The position numbers and the translations under genes were made by a program. From an uncultured Gemmatimonadales bacterium (GTDB taxonomy: Bacteria; Gemmatimonadota; Gemmatimonadetes; Gemmatimonadales; GWC2-71-9), in contig CAWILD010000014.1 in assembly GCA_963836815.1 (NCBI GenBank), positions 31,615 to 95,614 on the forward strand: a stretch of 64,000 bases of DNA. The letters run 5' to 3'. Each line of letters begins with the position of its first letter. Positions within the stretch are counted from its first letter, which is position 1. Below are positions 1 through 11,468 of the stretch, piece by piece. The notes under the pieces are model-generated. The model was not told where the DNA came from. It searched no databases and saw only the letters and a program-made list of their open reading frames with translations.

Positions 1-338
1 TCCACTTCGCGCATCGGTTCTTTTCGCCGTCCACGAAGACGCGGTTCCGGCCCTCGTTCTTCCCGTTCACCGAGCCCTCCGCGGAGATGGACGTCGAGTG
101 CCAGCTCTGCCACGGCAGCGGGTGTCCCGCGTGCAAGGGCACGGGATGGATGGAGATTCTCGGCTGCGGGATGGTGCACCCAGCCGTGCTGGAGAACTGC
201 AAGGTGGACTCGGAGAAGTACACCGGCTGGGCGTTCGGGATGGGTCCGCATCGGATCGCGATGCTGCGGTACGGGATCCCGGACATCCGGCTGCTGATGG
301 AAGGGGACATGCGGTTTCTGGGGAAGCTGGGGGAGTAG
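1..338 (+). CDS. pheS: phenylalanine--tRNA ligase alpha subunit, C-terminal end (gene starts left of window)
   Basis: Open in frame from the window edge to TAG 336-338. The translation [52 protein letters not shown] is the conserved PheS C-terminus. pheT follows. Confidence 0.9.
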   Translation, partial: HFAHRFFSPSTKTRFRPSFFPFTEPSAEMDVECQLCHGSGCPACKGTGWMEILGCGMVHPAVLENCKVDSEKYTGWAFGMGPHRIAMLRYGIPDIRLLMEGDMRFLGKLGE

Positions 339-361
339 GGGGTGCAACGGGAGCGACAGTG

Positions 362-435
362 ACTTCATCCCGAGCGGAGCGAGGGTTCTTGCCCGGGCCA
401 GGTCCCTCGGTCGCTTCGCTCCCTCGGGATGAAGT
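362..435. repeat. GC-rich intergenic hairpin repeat, family H1 (CATCCCGAGCG.AGCGAGGG arms)
   Basis: Inverted arms cttcatcccgagcggagcgaggg / ccctcggtcgcttcgctccctcgggatgaag. Related copies lie at 8441, 11351 and 13186, each just after a gene end. Confidence 0.7.
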
Positions 436-472
436 GTGGTACGAATCCTAGACCTGGTGGCCAATCGCTTTC

Positions 473-2883
473 ATGAACGTCTCACTCCGCTGGCTCGAAG
501 CCTTTCTCCGCCGCCCGCTCGACCCGAAGGACGTGTCCGAGCGTCTCGTCATGCTCGGCGCTCCCGTGGACGCCATCGAGTCGCTCCATGGCGACCTCGA
601 AGGTCTCGTGGTCGGCCTGGTGGAGGAGGTGCGCCAGCACCCCAATGCCGATCGGCTCCGGGTCTGCCTGGTGAACGACGGGACGGCTGAGCGACTCCAC
701 GTGGTCTGCGGGGCGCCGAACGTCACCGCGGGCAGGAAGTATCCGTTCGCCCGCGTCGGCACGAGCGTCCCGCACGGCAAGGGCGGCGCTCCGATGAAGA
801 TCGAGAAGGCCAAGCTCCGCGGCGAGCTGTCCGAAGGGATGCTCTGCTCCGCCGCGTGAGCTGGGACTCGGTCAGGATCACGACGGCATTCTCGAGCTCG
901 ACACCGACGCCGCCCCGGGCACCCCTCTCCTCGAGGCGGTGCCGCTGGCGGATCACCGGCTGGTGGTGGACGTCACCCCCAATCGTCCGGACCTGCTCTG
1001 TCACAAGGGAATCGCCCGCGAGCTCTCGGCATCGTACAAGACGCCGTTCCGCCTGCCGACCATTCCGGGGGCGGAAACCGTGGACGTCCCACCGTCGCGC
1101 CGTTCCGCCGATACCGGCGTAGTCGGCGGCATCACCATCACAATCGAAGACACCGAGTCCTGCCCGCGCTTCCATGGCGCGCTGATCCGGGGCGCCAAGG
1201 TCGGCCCGTCGCCCGAGTGGCTCCGGCGGAGGCTCGAAGCGGTCGGGGTGCGCTCGATCAACAACGTGGTGGACGCGACCAACTACGTGATGTTCGAGCT
1301 GAACCAGCCGATGCACGCCTACGACGCCGCCACGCTGCGGGGTGCGAAGCTCGTCGTCCGCCGGGCGAGGGCCGGCGAGCGGCTGGTGACGCTCGACGGC
1401 GTCGAGCGCGAGCTGTCGCCCGAGATGATCGCCATCGGGGATGCCGAGGGGGTCATCGGGTTGGCCGGCGTGATGGGCGGCGCCACCACCGAGGTGGGCA
1501 ACGAGACTCGCGACGTGCTGCTCGAGGGCGCCTACTGGAATCCGTCCCGGATCCGGCGCGCCCGTCGCACGCTCGGCATGACCAGCGAGGCGAGCTATCG
1601 GTTCGAGCGCGGCATCGACCGGTGGGGCGGGACGGATGCGATGCGCCGCTGCATCCAGATCCTGCTGGCCACGGCAGGCGGCGAGCTGGCCGAGGCGCCG
1701 CTCGACCTCTGGCCCGAACCGTCGCATCCGCCGCGGATCTTTCTCCGGCCCGCGCGGGTCACGCAGGTGCTCGGCGTGGAGGTGCCCTGGGCGGCTATCG
1801 AGCAGTACCTCGTCGCCATCGGCGCGACGGTGGTCTCCAAGCCGGACGACGGCCGGATCGCGGTGGACGTGCCGGGCTGGCGTCCCGACCTGGTGCGCGA
1901 GATCGACCTGATCGAGGAGATCGCGCGGCTACACGGCTACGACTCGTTCCCCGCCGATCTTCGTCCTTTCCGGCTCGGCAGCCTGCCGGATGCGCCCGAG
2001 GAGGCAGCCATTCGCGCGGTTCGGCGCGGCATGGTGAACCAGGGCCTCTACGAAGTCTCCCGACTTCCGATGGGGCCGCAGGACGGCGACGACAGCGTGC
2101 GTCTCGCCAATCCGCTGTCCGCGGAAGATGCGTGGCTCCGCCGACGGCTCCTCCCTGGGCTGGTTCGACTGGTCGAGGCGAACTGGGCGAATCACGTGTC
2201 CGACGTGCGCCTCTTCGAGATCGGCACCGCCTGGACGGCCGGCGCCCCCTGGCGAGCGCCCTCGGGAGGAGCAACGGGTGGCCGCCGTGCTGACCGGGAG
2301 ACGGGAGCCCGAGCATTGGACAGGCAGTGGAGAGGCCCAGCTCGACCTCTGGGACCTGAAGGGCCGGTTCGAGGCCGCCGTCGCTCTGGCGATTCCCGGT
2401 GGGGAGATACAAGTTGAGGGCGGCGCTTGGGTTGCCCGGGACGCCGGCGGCCGGATCGTGGGCGAAGCATCGCCTCTCATAGCCGACGCGCCGCCATGGG
2501 CCGCCCCGCTGTTCGGATTCGAGCTGGTCCTCGACCCGTCGCCTCGACAGGCTCCCCAATTCGCGCCGCTCCCGACGACTCCCGCCGTGGATCGGGTGTT
2601 GGCGTTGCTCCTGCCCGCGGGCGTCCGGGTTGGCGCGGTCGAGGAGCTGCTCCGGCGGGTCGGCGGAGCGCTGCTGGAGCAGGTGAGGGTCGAGAGCGAC
2701 TACCGCGGTCCTGAGCTGCCTCCCGAGACCCGAAGCGTGGCCTTCCGGCTCACCTTCCGGGCGCCGGACCGGACCCTCCGGGATGCGGAGGTGGATGCCG
2801 TGGAGACCAGGCTGCTGGCCGTGCTGGCCTCGGAGCTCGGAGTGCGGCGCCGCGACGCCGGGACTTCCCGCGCGGGAGAGTGA
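473..2883 (+). CDS. pheT: phenylalanine--tRNA ligase beta subunit; reading frame broken twice
   Basis: ORFs 473-859, 939-2417 and 2128-2883 in three frames are colinear with PheT: N-terminal tRNA-binding domain MNVSLRWLEAFL.., ..GMLCSA|ELGLGQDHDGILEL.., C-terminal RSVAFRLTFRAPDRTL. The breaks are near 850 and at C-run 2245-2249. Confidence 0.85.
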
Positions 2884-2884
2884 C

Positions 2885-3196
2885 GTGACATACGCGTACG
2901 AGCGACCCGATCTCAAGGCGCTGAACGAGCTGGAGCACCTGCTGCGCCACACCACGGAGGAGCTGGCCGCCTGGCGGCGGCGCACGCTCCGGGCCGAGGC
3001 CGAGCTGGGCGAGGCGCGGGCGAGCGGGGGCGTGGTCGCGGGGCCCGAGCTCAAGGAGGCTCGGCAGAAGATCGGCGAGCTGGAGAGTGAGAACCAGGCC
3101 CTGCGGCAGCGGATCGAGGCGGCCAAGGAGCGGCTCCGGGTGCTGTCCGCGCGGCTCTCGTTCCTCGAGCAGCACGGTGGGGGGACCGCCGCATGA
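2885..3196 (+). CDS. coiled-coil protein upstream of zapA (function unknown)
   Basis: GTG 2885 lies 2 nt after the pheT stop. The 103 codons are heptad-rich (ELEHLLRHTTEELAAWRRRTLRAEAELGE..ENQALRQRIEAAKERLRVL). The stop overlaps the zapA ATG (ATGA). Confidence 0.5.
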   Translation: MTYAYERPDLKALNELEHLLRHTTEELAAWRRRTLRAEAELGEARASGGVVAGPELKEARQKIGELESENQALRQRIEAAKERLRVLSARLSFLEQHGGGTAA

Positions 3197-3504
3197 GCGC
3201 CGCCAAGAACGCGGTCCGCGTAGTGATCGGCGGCGAGGAATTCACGGTTCGCTCGGAGCTTCCGCCGGAGTACACCCGTGAAGTGGCGGCCTATCTGGAC
3301 GCGGCGCTCAAGCGGGTGCGGGATTCGCTTCCCATGATGGAAACCCACAAGGCGGCGATTCTCGCCGCCCTCGCCATCACCGACGAGCTGTTTCAGGCTC
3401 GCCGGGGCGATCGCGAGATCGCCTCCCGTTTGTCGGGGATGGCCGACGACCTGGCCCGCCTGCTTCCGCCCGCCAAGCGGGGCAGCCGCGCCGCCGTGTC
3501 CTAA
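3193..3504 (+). CDS. zapA: cell division protein ZapA
   Basis: 103 aa; VRVVIGGEEFTVRSELPPEYTREVAAYLDAALKRV...HKAAILAALAITDELF matches the ZapA fold pattern. Positioned before rny, as in many bacteria. Confidence 0.75.
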   Translation: MSAAKNAVRVVIGGEEFTVRSELPPEYTREVAAYLDAALKRVRDSLPMMETHKAAILAALAITDELFQARRGDREIASRLSGMADDLARLLPPAKRGSRAAVS

Positions 3505-3517
3505 CGGAGAACTCTCG

Positions 3518-5098
3518 ATGCCTCAGTCCCTGCTCCTCCCCGTTCTCGCGGGGGTGGCTGCCGGACTCGTAGTCGCATTGGTGTTCGTGCTGTACTACGT
3601 CCGGGCCCAGCGACGCTCGGCAACGGGAATTCTCGCGGCCGCCCGGGCAGAGGCCAACCGGCTCCGCGCGGACACGGTGCGTGAGGCCGAGTCCGCCAAG
3701 GCGGAAGTGCTGGTCGCCGCCAAGATGGAATCGCTCAAGTTGCGCGAGGACCTGGATCGCGAGATCCAGCGCCGGCGCGAGGAGTGGGAGCGACTCGAGC
3801 GCCGGGCCGAGGAGCGCAGCCGGGTCCAGGACCGGAAGCTGGAGGAGATCGAGGGCCGGGAACGGAATTTCGGCAAGCGCGAGGAGTCGCTGAGCCAGCG
3901 GGAGAACGCGCTCCGCGCTCGCGAGGGCGAGGCCGACCGCCTCGCGCAGGAGCAGCGGGTCAAGCTCGAGCGGATCGCGGGGCTCACCGCCGAGGACGCC
4001 CGGCGCGAGATCCTTCAGCGGGTGGAGGACGAGGCCCGCACCCAGGCGGCCGCGCTCGTGCGCGAGATCAAGGAGCAGGCCCGGAAGAGCGCCGACCGCG
4101 ATGCCCGACGGATCATCTCGATCGCGATCCAGCGCCTCGCCGCGGAGCACACCGCGGAGAGCACCGTCGCCGCCGTCCCCCTCCCGAGTGACGAGATGAA
4201 GGGGCGGATCATCGGCCGCGAGGGCCGCAACATCCGCGCGTTCGAGACCGCGACCGGCGTGGACGTGATCATCGACGATACGCCGGACACCGTCATCGTC
4301 TCCTGCTTCGACCCGATCCGGCGCGAGGTCGGCCGCCGCGCGCTCGAGGCCCTGATCCAGGACGGCCGGATCCACCCGGGACGGATCGAAGAGGTGGTCG
4401 GGAAGGTGCAAAAGGAGCTGGACACGCAGCTGGTGGAGCTCGGCGAGCAGGCGGCGTACGACACCGGCATCCACGGCATGCACCCCGAGCTGATCAAGCT
4501 GGTCGGCCGGATGCGCTACCGGACGTCCTACGGGCAGAACATCTACGACCACTCGAAGGAAGTGGCGTGGCTGGCCGGCATGATGGCGGCCGAGCTGCAC
4601 CTCGACGTGCAGCTCGCCAAGCGGGGCGGGCTGCTGCACGACGTGGGCAAGGTGCTCACCCACGACAGCGAGGGCACCCACGTCGAGCTCGGCGTGGAGG
4701 TCGCGAGGCGCTACGGCGAGACCGCGCTGGTGATCAACTGCATCCAGGCGCACCACGACGACGTGCCGCACGAGACCACCGAGTCGGTGCTGGTGCAGGC
4801 GGCCGACGCGATCAGCGGGTCGCGGCCGGGCGCGCGGCGCGAGGCGTTCGAGACCTACGTGAAGCGGCTCACCCGGCTCGAGGAGATCGCCAACGGCTTC
4901 CCCGGCGTGGAGAAGTGCAACGTGATCCAGGCCGGCCGCGAGGTCCGCGTGGTGGTGACGCCGGACCGGATCGACGACGCGGCGGCAGCGGCGCTGTCCG
5001 AGACCATCGCCCGCAAGGTCGAGAACGAGCTGCAGTATCCGGGACAGATCAAGGTGGTCGTGATTCGGGAGACGAGAGCAGTGGACTACGCTCGATGA
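3518..5098 (+). CDS. rny: ribonuclease Y
   Basis: 526 aa with an N-terminal TM helix, a long charged coiled coil, a KH domain ([15 protein letters not shown]) and an HD domain (LLHDVGK...HH). This is the RNase Y architecture. Confidence 0.92.
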   Translation: MPQSLLLPVLAGVAAGLVVALVFVLYYVRAQRRSATGILAAARAEANRLRADTVREAESAKAEVLVAAKMESLKLREDLDREIQRRREEWERLERRAEERSRVQDRKLEEIEGRERNFGKREESLSQRENALRAREGEADRLAQEQRVKLERIAGLTAEDARREILQRVEDEARTQAAALVREIKEQARKSADRDARRIISIAIQRLAAEHTAESTVAAVPLPSDEMKGRIIGREGRNIRAFETATGVDVIIDDTPDTVIVSCFDPIRREVGRRALEALIQDGRIHPGRIEEVVGKVQKELDTQLVELGEQAAYDTGIHGMHPELIKLVGRMRYRTSYGQNIYDHSKEVAWLAGMMAAELHLDVQLAKRGGLLHDVGKVLTHDSEGTHVELGVEVARRYGETALVINCIQAHHDDVPHETTESVLVQAADAISGSRPGARREAFETYVKRLTRLEEIANGFPGVEKCNVIQAGREVRVVVTPDRIDDAAAAALSETIARKVENELQYPGQIKVVVIRETRAVDYAR

Positions 5099-5982
5099 GT
5101 GCTCGCATTCTGGATGGAACGGCGCTGGGCAAGACGATCCGCGCCGAGGTGGCTGCAGAGGTCGCGAGGTTGGGAGGAAACGGCACCAGGCCGGGACTGG
5201 CCGCGGTACTGGTCGGGGAGGATCCGGCGAGCGCCGTCTACGTGCGCTCCAAGGGGAAGGCCACCGAGGAAGCGGGCATGCACTCGGAGACGATCCGCCA
5301 GCCGGCGACGATCTCCGAGGACGAGCTGCTCGGCATCGTGGACCGCCTCAACGCCGACCGGAAGATCCACGGCATCCTGGTGCAGCTTCCGCTGCCCAAG
5401 CACATCGACAGCGAGAAGGTGCTGCGCCGGATCGATCCGGCAAAGGACGTGGACGGGTTCCACCCGGTGAACGTCGGCAAGCTGGTGACCGGCGACCGCA
5501 CCGCGTTTCGTCCGGCCACGCCGTACGGCGTGCAGCAGATGCTGGTCCGCTCCGGGATCGAGACCAAGGGCGCCCACGCGGTGATCGTCGGCCGGTCGAA
5601 CATCGTGGGCAAGCCGATGGCGAACATCCTGATCCAGCAGGGGCCGGGCGGCGACGCGACGGTGACGGTGTGCCATTCGCGCACGCGCGATCTGCCCGGC
5701 GTCACCCGGAGCGCCGATATTCTCATCGCGGCGATCGGGAAGGCGGAGTTCGTCACGGCGGACATGGTGCGGCCGGGCGCGGTGGTGATCGACGTCGGGA
5801 TCAACCGGGTGGACGACGCGTCGCAGCCCAAGGGCTATCGCCTGGTCGGCGACGTCGCCTACGGCCCCGTCTCGGAGGTCGCCTCCGCCATCACTCCGGT
5901 CCCCGGTGGCGTCGGCCCGATGACGATCGCCATGCTGCTGCAGAACACCCTGCAGGCTTGGCGGCAGCTGGAGTCTCGATGA
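5095..5982 (+). CDS. folD: bifunctional methylenetetrahydrofolate dehydrogenase / methenyl-THF cyclohydrolase
   Basis: ATG 5095 overlaps the rny stop. [73 protein letters not shown] is the FolD signature. Confidence 0.92.
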   Translation: MSARILDGTALGKTIRAEVAAEVARLGGNGTRPGLAAVLVGEDPASAVYVRSKGKATEEAGMHSETIRQPATISEDELLGIVDRLNADRKIHGILVQLPLPKHIDSEKVLRRIDPAKDVDGFHPVNVGKLVTGDRTAFRPATPYGVQQMLVRSGIETKGAHAVIVGRSNIVGKPMANILIQQGPGGDATVTVCHSRTRDLPGVTRSADILIAAIGKAEFVTADMVRPGAVVIDVGINRVDDASQPKGYRLVGDVAYGPVSEVASAITPVPGGVGPMTIAMLLQNTLQAWRQLESR

Positions 5983-6000
5983 AGGTTGGATTGTGCGGAA

Positions 6001-6115
6001 GTGTTTACCACGAGGCACGAAGGACACGAAGGGCACGGAGCAAGCACTATGGGGGTGTGCTGTTACCTACCGTCTTCCTCTGTGCCTTGCTCTCCGTGCC
6101 TCTGTGGTGAAAACA
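6001..6115. repeat. imperfect palindromic repeat, family H2 (CACGAAGGACACGAAGG type)
   Basis: gtgtttaccacgaggcacgaaggacacgaagggcacggagcaagcac pairs with gtgccttgctccgtgcctctgtggtgaaaacac. It lies between folD and xseA. Confidence 0.6.
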
Positions 6116-6152
6116 CTTTCGGAGCCTCTGAACACTCAGGAGCTATGCGGCG

Positions 6153-7315
6153 ATGGCACTCTCTTTTCAATTCGGCAGCCCCTCGGCCCCACGGATGAGG
6201 TCTGGTCCGTCAGCCGGCTCACGCACATGGTGAAGCGGCTGGTGGAGGGGGAGATGATGCCGCTGTGGATCCGGGGCGAGGTGGTGCAGTTCAAGGCCTG
6301 GCCCGGCAGCGGGCATTGGTACTTCAACCTGCGCGACCGGAACTGCCAGGTCCGCTGCTGCATGTGGAGTCGGGACGTGCCTCGGAGAGCCACGCCGCCC
6401 AAGGATGGCACCGAGGTCTTCGTGCTCGGCCAGCCAGTGATCTACGAGGCCAAGGGCGAGTTCCAGCTCAAGGTCACGCGGATCATTCCCACCGCGGAGG
6501 TCGGCGCCGCGCAGCAGGAGCTCGAGCGGGTCCGGGCGCTGCTGCAGCAGGACGGGCTCTTCGACGTCGCGCGGAAGCGGCCGATTCCCAAGCTCGCGAG
6601 CACCGTCGCCGTCGTCACCAGCGTCGCGGGAGCGGCGCTGCACGACATCATCACGGTCGTGCGCAGCCGGTGGCCCTGCTGCCGGCTCCTCGTGGTGAAT
6701 GCGCGGGTGCAGGGCGACGGCGCCTCCGCCGCGCTGGTGAGCGCGCTTCGGCTGGTGAACCGAATCCCCGACGTGGAGCTGTGCATCGTCGGGCGAGGCG
6801 GCGGTGGAAGGGAGGACCTGGCGGCCTTCAACACCGAGGCGGTCTGCCGCGCGCTCGCCGCGGTCCGGGTGCCGACGATCTCCGCTGTCGGGCACGAGAC
6901 CGATATCTCGCTCACCGACCTCGTCGCGGACTTGCGCGCGGCGACGCCGTCCGCCGCGGCCGAGCAGGCGGTCGCCGACCGGCGCGAAGTCCTCCGCCAG
7001 GTCGCCGACCTCGCCGCGCGACTCGCCCACGGACTGGCCTCGCGCTCGCGGCTCGCCGACGAGCGCCTGGCTCGCACCGCCGACCGGCTTCACGCCGGCA
7101 TGGATGCCGCGCTCCAGCGCGAGCGGCACCGGCTGGACCGTCTCGGCGCCCAGCTCGACGCGCTGAGCCCGCTGCGCGTGCTCGACCGCGGGTACGCCGT
7201 TCCCCGAGACGCCGACGGCCGGGTGCTCAAGCGCGTGGCGGACTTCGCCCCTGGCTCCTCGTTTCACCTCCGCGTCGCCGATGGCGACGTCCCCGCCCGC
7301 GTGGAGCCCGCGTGA
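6153..7315 (+). CDS. xseA: exodeoxyribonuclease VII large subunit (start uncertain)
   Basis: VWSVSRLTHMVKRLVE..LWIRGEVVQFKAWPGSGHWYFNLRD (OB fold), then VAVVTSVAGAALHDI..GRGGGGREDLAAFN..ISAVGHETD. There is no in-frame canonical start after the H2 repeat. ATG 6153 would need a 1-nt shift near 6190. Confidence 0.8.
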
Positions 7316-7527
7316 CCAGCATCGCCGACGAGCTTGCCCGCCTCGAGGAGATCGTCCGCAAGCTCGAGGCCGACGACGTCGAGCTCGACGCGGCGCTCGC
7401 GCTCTTCGAGGAGGGCGTGGCGAGACTTCGCGTCGCCCGCGAGCGGCTCGTCGCCGCCGAGCTCAAGGTCCAGGCCGTCCTCGACCAGGCGGGCGGAGAT
7501 CTCCGGTACACCGATCTCGATGGCTGA
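7312..7527 (+). CDS. xseB: exodeoxyribonuclease VII small subunit
   Basis: GTG 7312 overlaps the xseA stop. The 71 aa include LARLEEIVRKLEADDVELDAALALFEEGVARLRVARERL, typical of XseB. Confidence 0.85.
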   Translation: MTSIADELARLEEIVRKLEADDVELDAALALFEEGVARLRVARERLVAAELKVQAVLDQAGGDLRYTDLDG

Positions 7528-8432
7528 GGCCGCGGCCGCGCCGGTGTCGGATCTGCTCGCCGAGGCGCGGGAGCAGACCGATCGCCTGCTCGGTGAGTGG
7601 GCCGACCGGTTGCGCGCCGAGGTCGGCGGGCGCGAGGGCGAGGCCCTCGACTACGCGCTGAGGACGCCCGGCAAGCGGGTGCGAGCGGCGCTGGTGCTCG
7701 CCGCCTACCGCGCGGTCGGCGGACAGCTCGCCGGCGATCGCCGGTGTCGGCGCCGCGGTCGAAACGGTGCACACGTACTCCCTCGTGCACGACGACCTGC
7801 CCTGCATGGATGACGACGACCTGCGTCGCGGGCGGCCCACCACACATCGCCGGTTCGACGTCCCCACCGCGACCCGGGTCGGCTTCCTGCTCGTTCCCGT
7901 GGCCGCCCGCGTGCTCGCCGCCGCGGCGAAGGACCTCGAGCTTCCGCCGGCCACCCTGGGACGCATGGCCGTCGAGCTCTTTCAGGCCGGCGGAATCGAG
8001 GGCATGGTGGGCGGTCAGTGGCTGGACCTCGAGGCCGAAGGCCGGCAGCTCGCGCTCTCCGAGCTGGTCGAGGTCCACGGCGGCAAGACCGGCGCCTTGA
8101 TCCGCGCGGCGTGCACCCTCGGCGGCATCGCGGGCGAGGCCAATCCGGACCAGGTCGCGGCCCTCACGGCCTACGGTGAGGACGTGGGTCTGGCTTTCCA
8201 GATCGCCGACGACGTGCTCGACGCCACCGCCACGAGCGAGACGCTCGGCAAGACGGCCGGGCGCGATGCCGAGCTGGCCAAGTCCACGTACGTGAGCGTG
8301 TTGGGCGTGGAGGCGGCGCGAGCGGAGGCGGAGCGGCTCGCGCGGCGGGCGGTGGGATTTCTCGACGCGGGCGGCGTCCCCAGCGGGGCACTTGGGGCCT
8401 TGGCCGGGTATATTGTAACGAGGAATTCGTAG
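7520..8432 (+). CDS. ispA: polyprenyl (farnesyl/geranylgeranyl) diphosphate synthase; one frame break
   Basis: ATG 7520 overlaps the xseB end. N-terminal part ..LRTPGKRVRAALVLAAY, then after a shift near 7720 ..VETVHTYSLVHDDLPCMDDDDLRRGRPT (first DDxxD) and FQIADDVLD (second). Confidence 0.85.
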
Positions 8433-8440
8433 CAGTGACG

Positions 8441-8513
8441 TCTGTCACCCTGAGCGCAGCGAAGGGGGCATACTCCCGGGCATGGCCCCCTTCGCTGCGC
8501 TCAGGGTGACAGA
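8441..8513. repeat. GC-rich intergenic hairpin repeat, family H1
   Basis: tctgtcaccctgagcgcagcgaaggggg ... cccccttcgctgcgctcagggtgacaga. Lies between ispA and dxs. Confidence 0.7.
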
Positions 8514-8538
8514 ACCTGTCCCATAGACCGAGCACCCG

Positions 8539-10436
8539 ATGACCCTGCTCTCGTCCATCCGGTCCCCGGCCGACCTCAAGCGGCTCCACCGCGACCAGCT
8601 TCCCCAGCTGGCCGAGGAGATCCGCCAGCGGCTGATCGAGTGCGTGTCCCAGACGGGCGGCCACATCGGTGCCAGCCTCGGCGTGGTGGAGCTGAGCATC
8701 GCGCTGCTCTACGAGTTCGACTCGCCCCAGGACAAGATCGTCTGGGACGTCGGTCACCAGGCGTACGCGTGGAAGCTGCTGACCGGGCGGAACGAGGTGT
8801 TCCCCACCTTGCGGCAGCGCGACGGCGTCTCCGGTTTCCTCAAGCGCACCGAGAGCGAGCACGACCAGTTCGGCGCGGGCCACGCCGGCACCGCGATGTC
8901 GGCCGCGTTGGGCATGGCGACCGCGCGCGACCTCAAGGGCGGGCACAACAAGGTCGTCGCCGTGGTGGGCGACGGCGCGCTGACCTGCGGCCTCTCCTAC
9001 GAGGGCATGAACAACGCGGGTCACTCCGACCGCGACATCATCCTCATCGTCAACGACAACGGGATGTCCATCTCGCCCAACGTCGGCGCCATCAGCAAGA
9101 CGCTCGGCCGCATCGTCGCGGATCCGCGCACCAACCGCCTGCGCGAGAAGATCAAGGGAATGACCTTCGCCCTCGGCGGGGTGTTCGGCGAGGGCGTGGT
9201 AGACTTCGCCAAGAATGTCGAGGAGAGCGTCAAGAACCTGTTCTCGCCCGGGATGCTGTTCGAGGAGCTCGGGCTTCCGCTACTTCGGCCCGATCGACGG
9301 CCACGACCTCCCCAAGCTCTGCGACACCCTCCGCTTCGTGCGCGGCATGACCGGCCCGCGGGTGATCCACGTGATGACGCAGAAGGGGAAGGGCTTCTCG
9401 TTCGCCGAGTCGAATCAGGAGAAGTGGCACGGCCTCGCCGCCTACGATCCGGTGACGGGCGAGGCACGCAAGAAGGCCAGCGGCCCGCCGACCTGGACCC
9501 AGGTCTTCGGCGACGGGCTCACCGCGCTCGCCGGCGAGCATCCCGAGGTCGTCGCGATCACCGCGGCGATGCCGTCGGGCACCGGGACCAACATCTTCGA
9601 GAAGAAGTATCCCGACCGGTTCTTCGACGTGGGGATCGCGGAGGGCCACGCGGTCACCTTCGCCGGCGGGCTCGCGACCCAGGGCATCCGTCCCGTCGTC
9701 GCGATCTACAGCACCTTCCTCCAGCGCGCCTACGACAACGTGATCCACGACATCGCCGTGCAGCACCTGCCGGTGACGTTCTGCATGGATCGCGCGGGGC
9801 TCGTGGGCGAGGACGGCCAGACCCACATGGGGCTGTACGACATCGCCTACATGCTCGCGGTGCCGGGGATGACGGTGACGGCGCCCAAGGACGGCGACGA
9901 GCTCATCGGACTGCTCCGCACCGCGCTCAGCCACGACGGGCCGTTCTCGACCCGCTACCCGCGGGACAAGGCGCCCGCCGAGCCGCGTCCCGCGGCGGAG
10001 ATTCCCGCGGTGCCGTACGGCACGTGGGAGCAGCTTCGCCGGGGCGGCGAGGTCGGCCATCCTGGCCGCGGGGACGATGGTGCTGCCGGCGGTGCAGGCC
10101 GCTGAGCTGCTCGCCGCCGACGGCATCGAATGCGGCGTGGTGAACTGCCGGTTCCTCAAGCCGCTCGACACCGCGATGCTGGAGTCGCTGGCGCAGCGCT
10201 GCCGCGTGCTGGTGACGGTGGAGGAGGGGACCATCGTGAACGGCTTCGGCGCCTTCCTCGCCGAGACGCTGCAGACCACCCACCCGGAAGTGCGCGTCGT
10301 CGCGCTCGGCGTGCCCGACCGGCTGATCGAGCAGGCGCCCCGCGCGGAGCAGCTCGAGGCCTTCGGCCTGACCGCGGCCGGCATCGCGCGCCGCATCACC
10401 GCCCTGCAGCACGAGGAGAGCCTCGAGGCCCGATGA
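8539..10436 (+). CDS. dxs: 1-deoxy-D-xylulose-5-phosphate synthase; reading frame broken twice
   Basis: ORFs 8539-, 9215-10105 and 10077-10436 are colinear with Dxs (GGHIGASLGVVEL, DVGHQAYAWKLLTGR, GDGALTCG, FDVGIAEGHAVTFAGG, DRAGLVGEDGQTHMG). The breaks are an extra G at 9271-9273 and another near 10055. Confidence 0.9.
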
Positions 10437-11302
10437 AGGTAGGCATCGTCGGGAACCCGCGGTATCCGGACCTGCGGGGCGTGCTGGAGCAGGTTGCGGC
10501 CCAGTCGCCCGACCGCGGCATCACGCTCTACAGCGAGGACCGGCTGGCGCCGTTCTGGCGGCGGCAGGTGCCGACGTTCGAGGACACGGAGCTCGATGCC
10601 CTCGTCACCTTCGGCGGCGACGGCACCCTCCTTCGCGGCGCCCGCCTCCTCGGCGGACGCGAGACACCGATCCTCGGCGTAAATCTCGGCCGCGTCGGCT
10701 TCCTCACCACCGCCACTCGCGAGACCCTCGACACCGCGCTCGATTGCCTGGTGGCGGGCCGTTACGTCACCGAGCGGCGCCAGGCACTCGAGGCGGCGAT
10801 CCGCGACGACAGCGGGAATTCCCGCGCCGTGCAGATGGCGGTCAACGACGTGGCGATCCACAAGGGCGGCGTCGCGCGGGTCGTGCGGGTCAACGTGTTC
10901 ATCAATGGCGAGAACGTAGGCCCCTACAGCGCCGACGGCCTGGTCATCGCCACGCCGACAGGCTCGACGGCGTACAGTCTGAGCGCGGGTGGGCCGATCG
11001 TCGTGCCCGGGGTCGAGGCGATGGTGGTGACCCCGATCGCCGCCCACACGCTTGCGGTGCGTCCGCTCGTGGTCCCCGCGACCTATCACATCGTGGTCGA
11101 GCCGATCTCGGGCTGGGCGGACGATCTGCTGGTGTCGTTCGATGGGCAGACCGGGACCACGCTCGCGCCGGGCGAGAAGGTGGATGTCCGCCGGGCCGAC
11201 GCGCGGGTATGCCTGATCCGCCTCGGCGGTGACGGGTTCTTCAGCCGCATGCGGCACAAGCTGCACTGGGGGGATCTGTCGGATCGGGAGGCGAAGCGGT
11301 AG
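10433..11302 (+). CDS. nadK: NAD(+) kinase
   Basis: ATG overlaps the dxs stop. DALVTFGGDGTLLRGARL..ILGVNLGRVGFL..NDVAI..DGLVIATPTGSTAYSLSAGGPIV is the NAD kinase signature. Confidence 0.9.
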   Translation: MKVGIVGNPRYPDLRGVLEQVAAQSPDRGITLYSEDRLAPFWRRQVPTFEDTELDALVTFGGDGTLLRGARLLGGRETPILGVNLGRVGFLTTATRETLDTALDCLVAGRYVTERRQALEAAIRDDSGNSRAVQMAVNDVAIHKGGVARVVRVNVFINGENVGPYSADGLVIATPTGSTAYSLSAGGPIVVPGVEAMVVTPIAAHTLAVRPLVVPATYHIVVEPISGWADDLLVSFDGQTGTTLAPGEKVDVRRADARVCLIRLGGDGFFSRMRHKLHWGDLSDREAKR

Positions 11303-11350
11303 GCGGCGTTACGACGCAACCGGCGTACTTCAACCGCGGAGGGAGCGAAC

Positions 11351-11437
11351 GCGTCATCCCGAGCGCAGCGAGCCACCTCACCCGGGGTATCGAACCCCGG
11401 TAGAGTAGGTCCCTCGCTGCGCTCGGGATGAAGTACG
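11351..11437. repeat. GC-rich intergenic hairpin repeat, family H1
   Basis: gcgtcatcccgagcgcagcgagcc ... ggtccctcgctgcgctcgggatgaagtacgc. Lies between nadK and recN. Confidence 0.7.
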
Positions 11438-11468
11438 CATGGCATCACTCCATCAACTAACTTCCCCC

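Noticed and set aside
473-10436. pheT, ispA and dxs could be genuine pseudogenes.
   Set aside because: Conservation is intact on both sides of each break. The breaks are single bases, mostly in short G/C runs, and the genes are normally essential. Sequence error is the simpler explanation, though it cannot be verified without reads.
9230-11266. The track contains very long ORFs antisense to, or out of frame with, known genes. Examples: 9230-11266(-), 3377-4771(-), 1795-3348(-), 723-1727(-), 14824-16125(-), 20019-21218(+), 28748-29734(+), 29876-30979(+), 42608-43873(-), 45806-46906(-).
   Set aside because: These are typical stop-codon-poor shadow ORFs of high-GC DNA. Their translations are Arg/Ala/Gly/Pro-rich and low in complexity, and the other strand or frame carries clearly conserved proteins.
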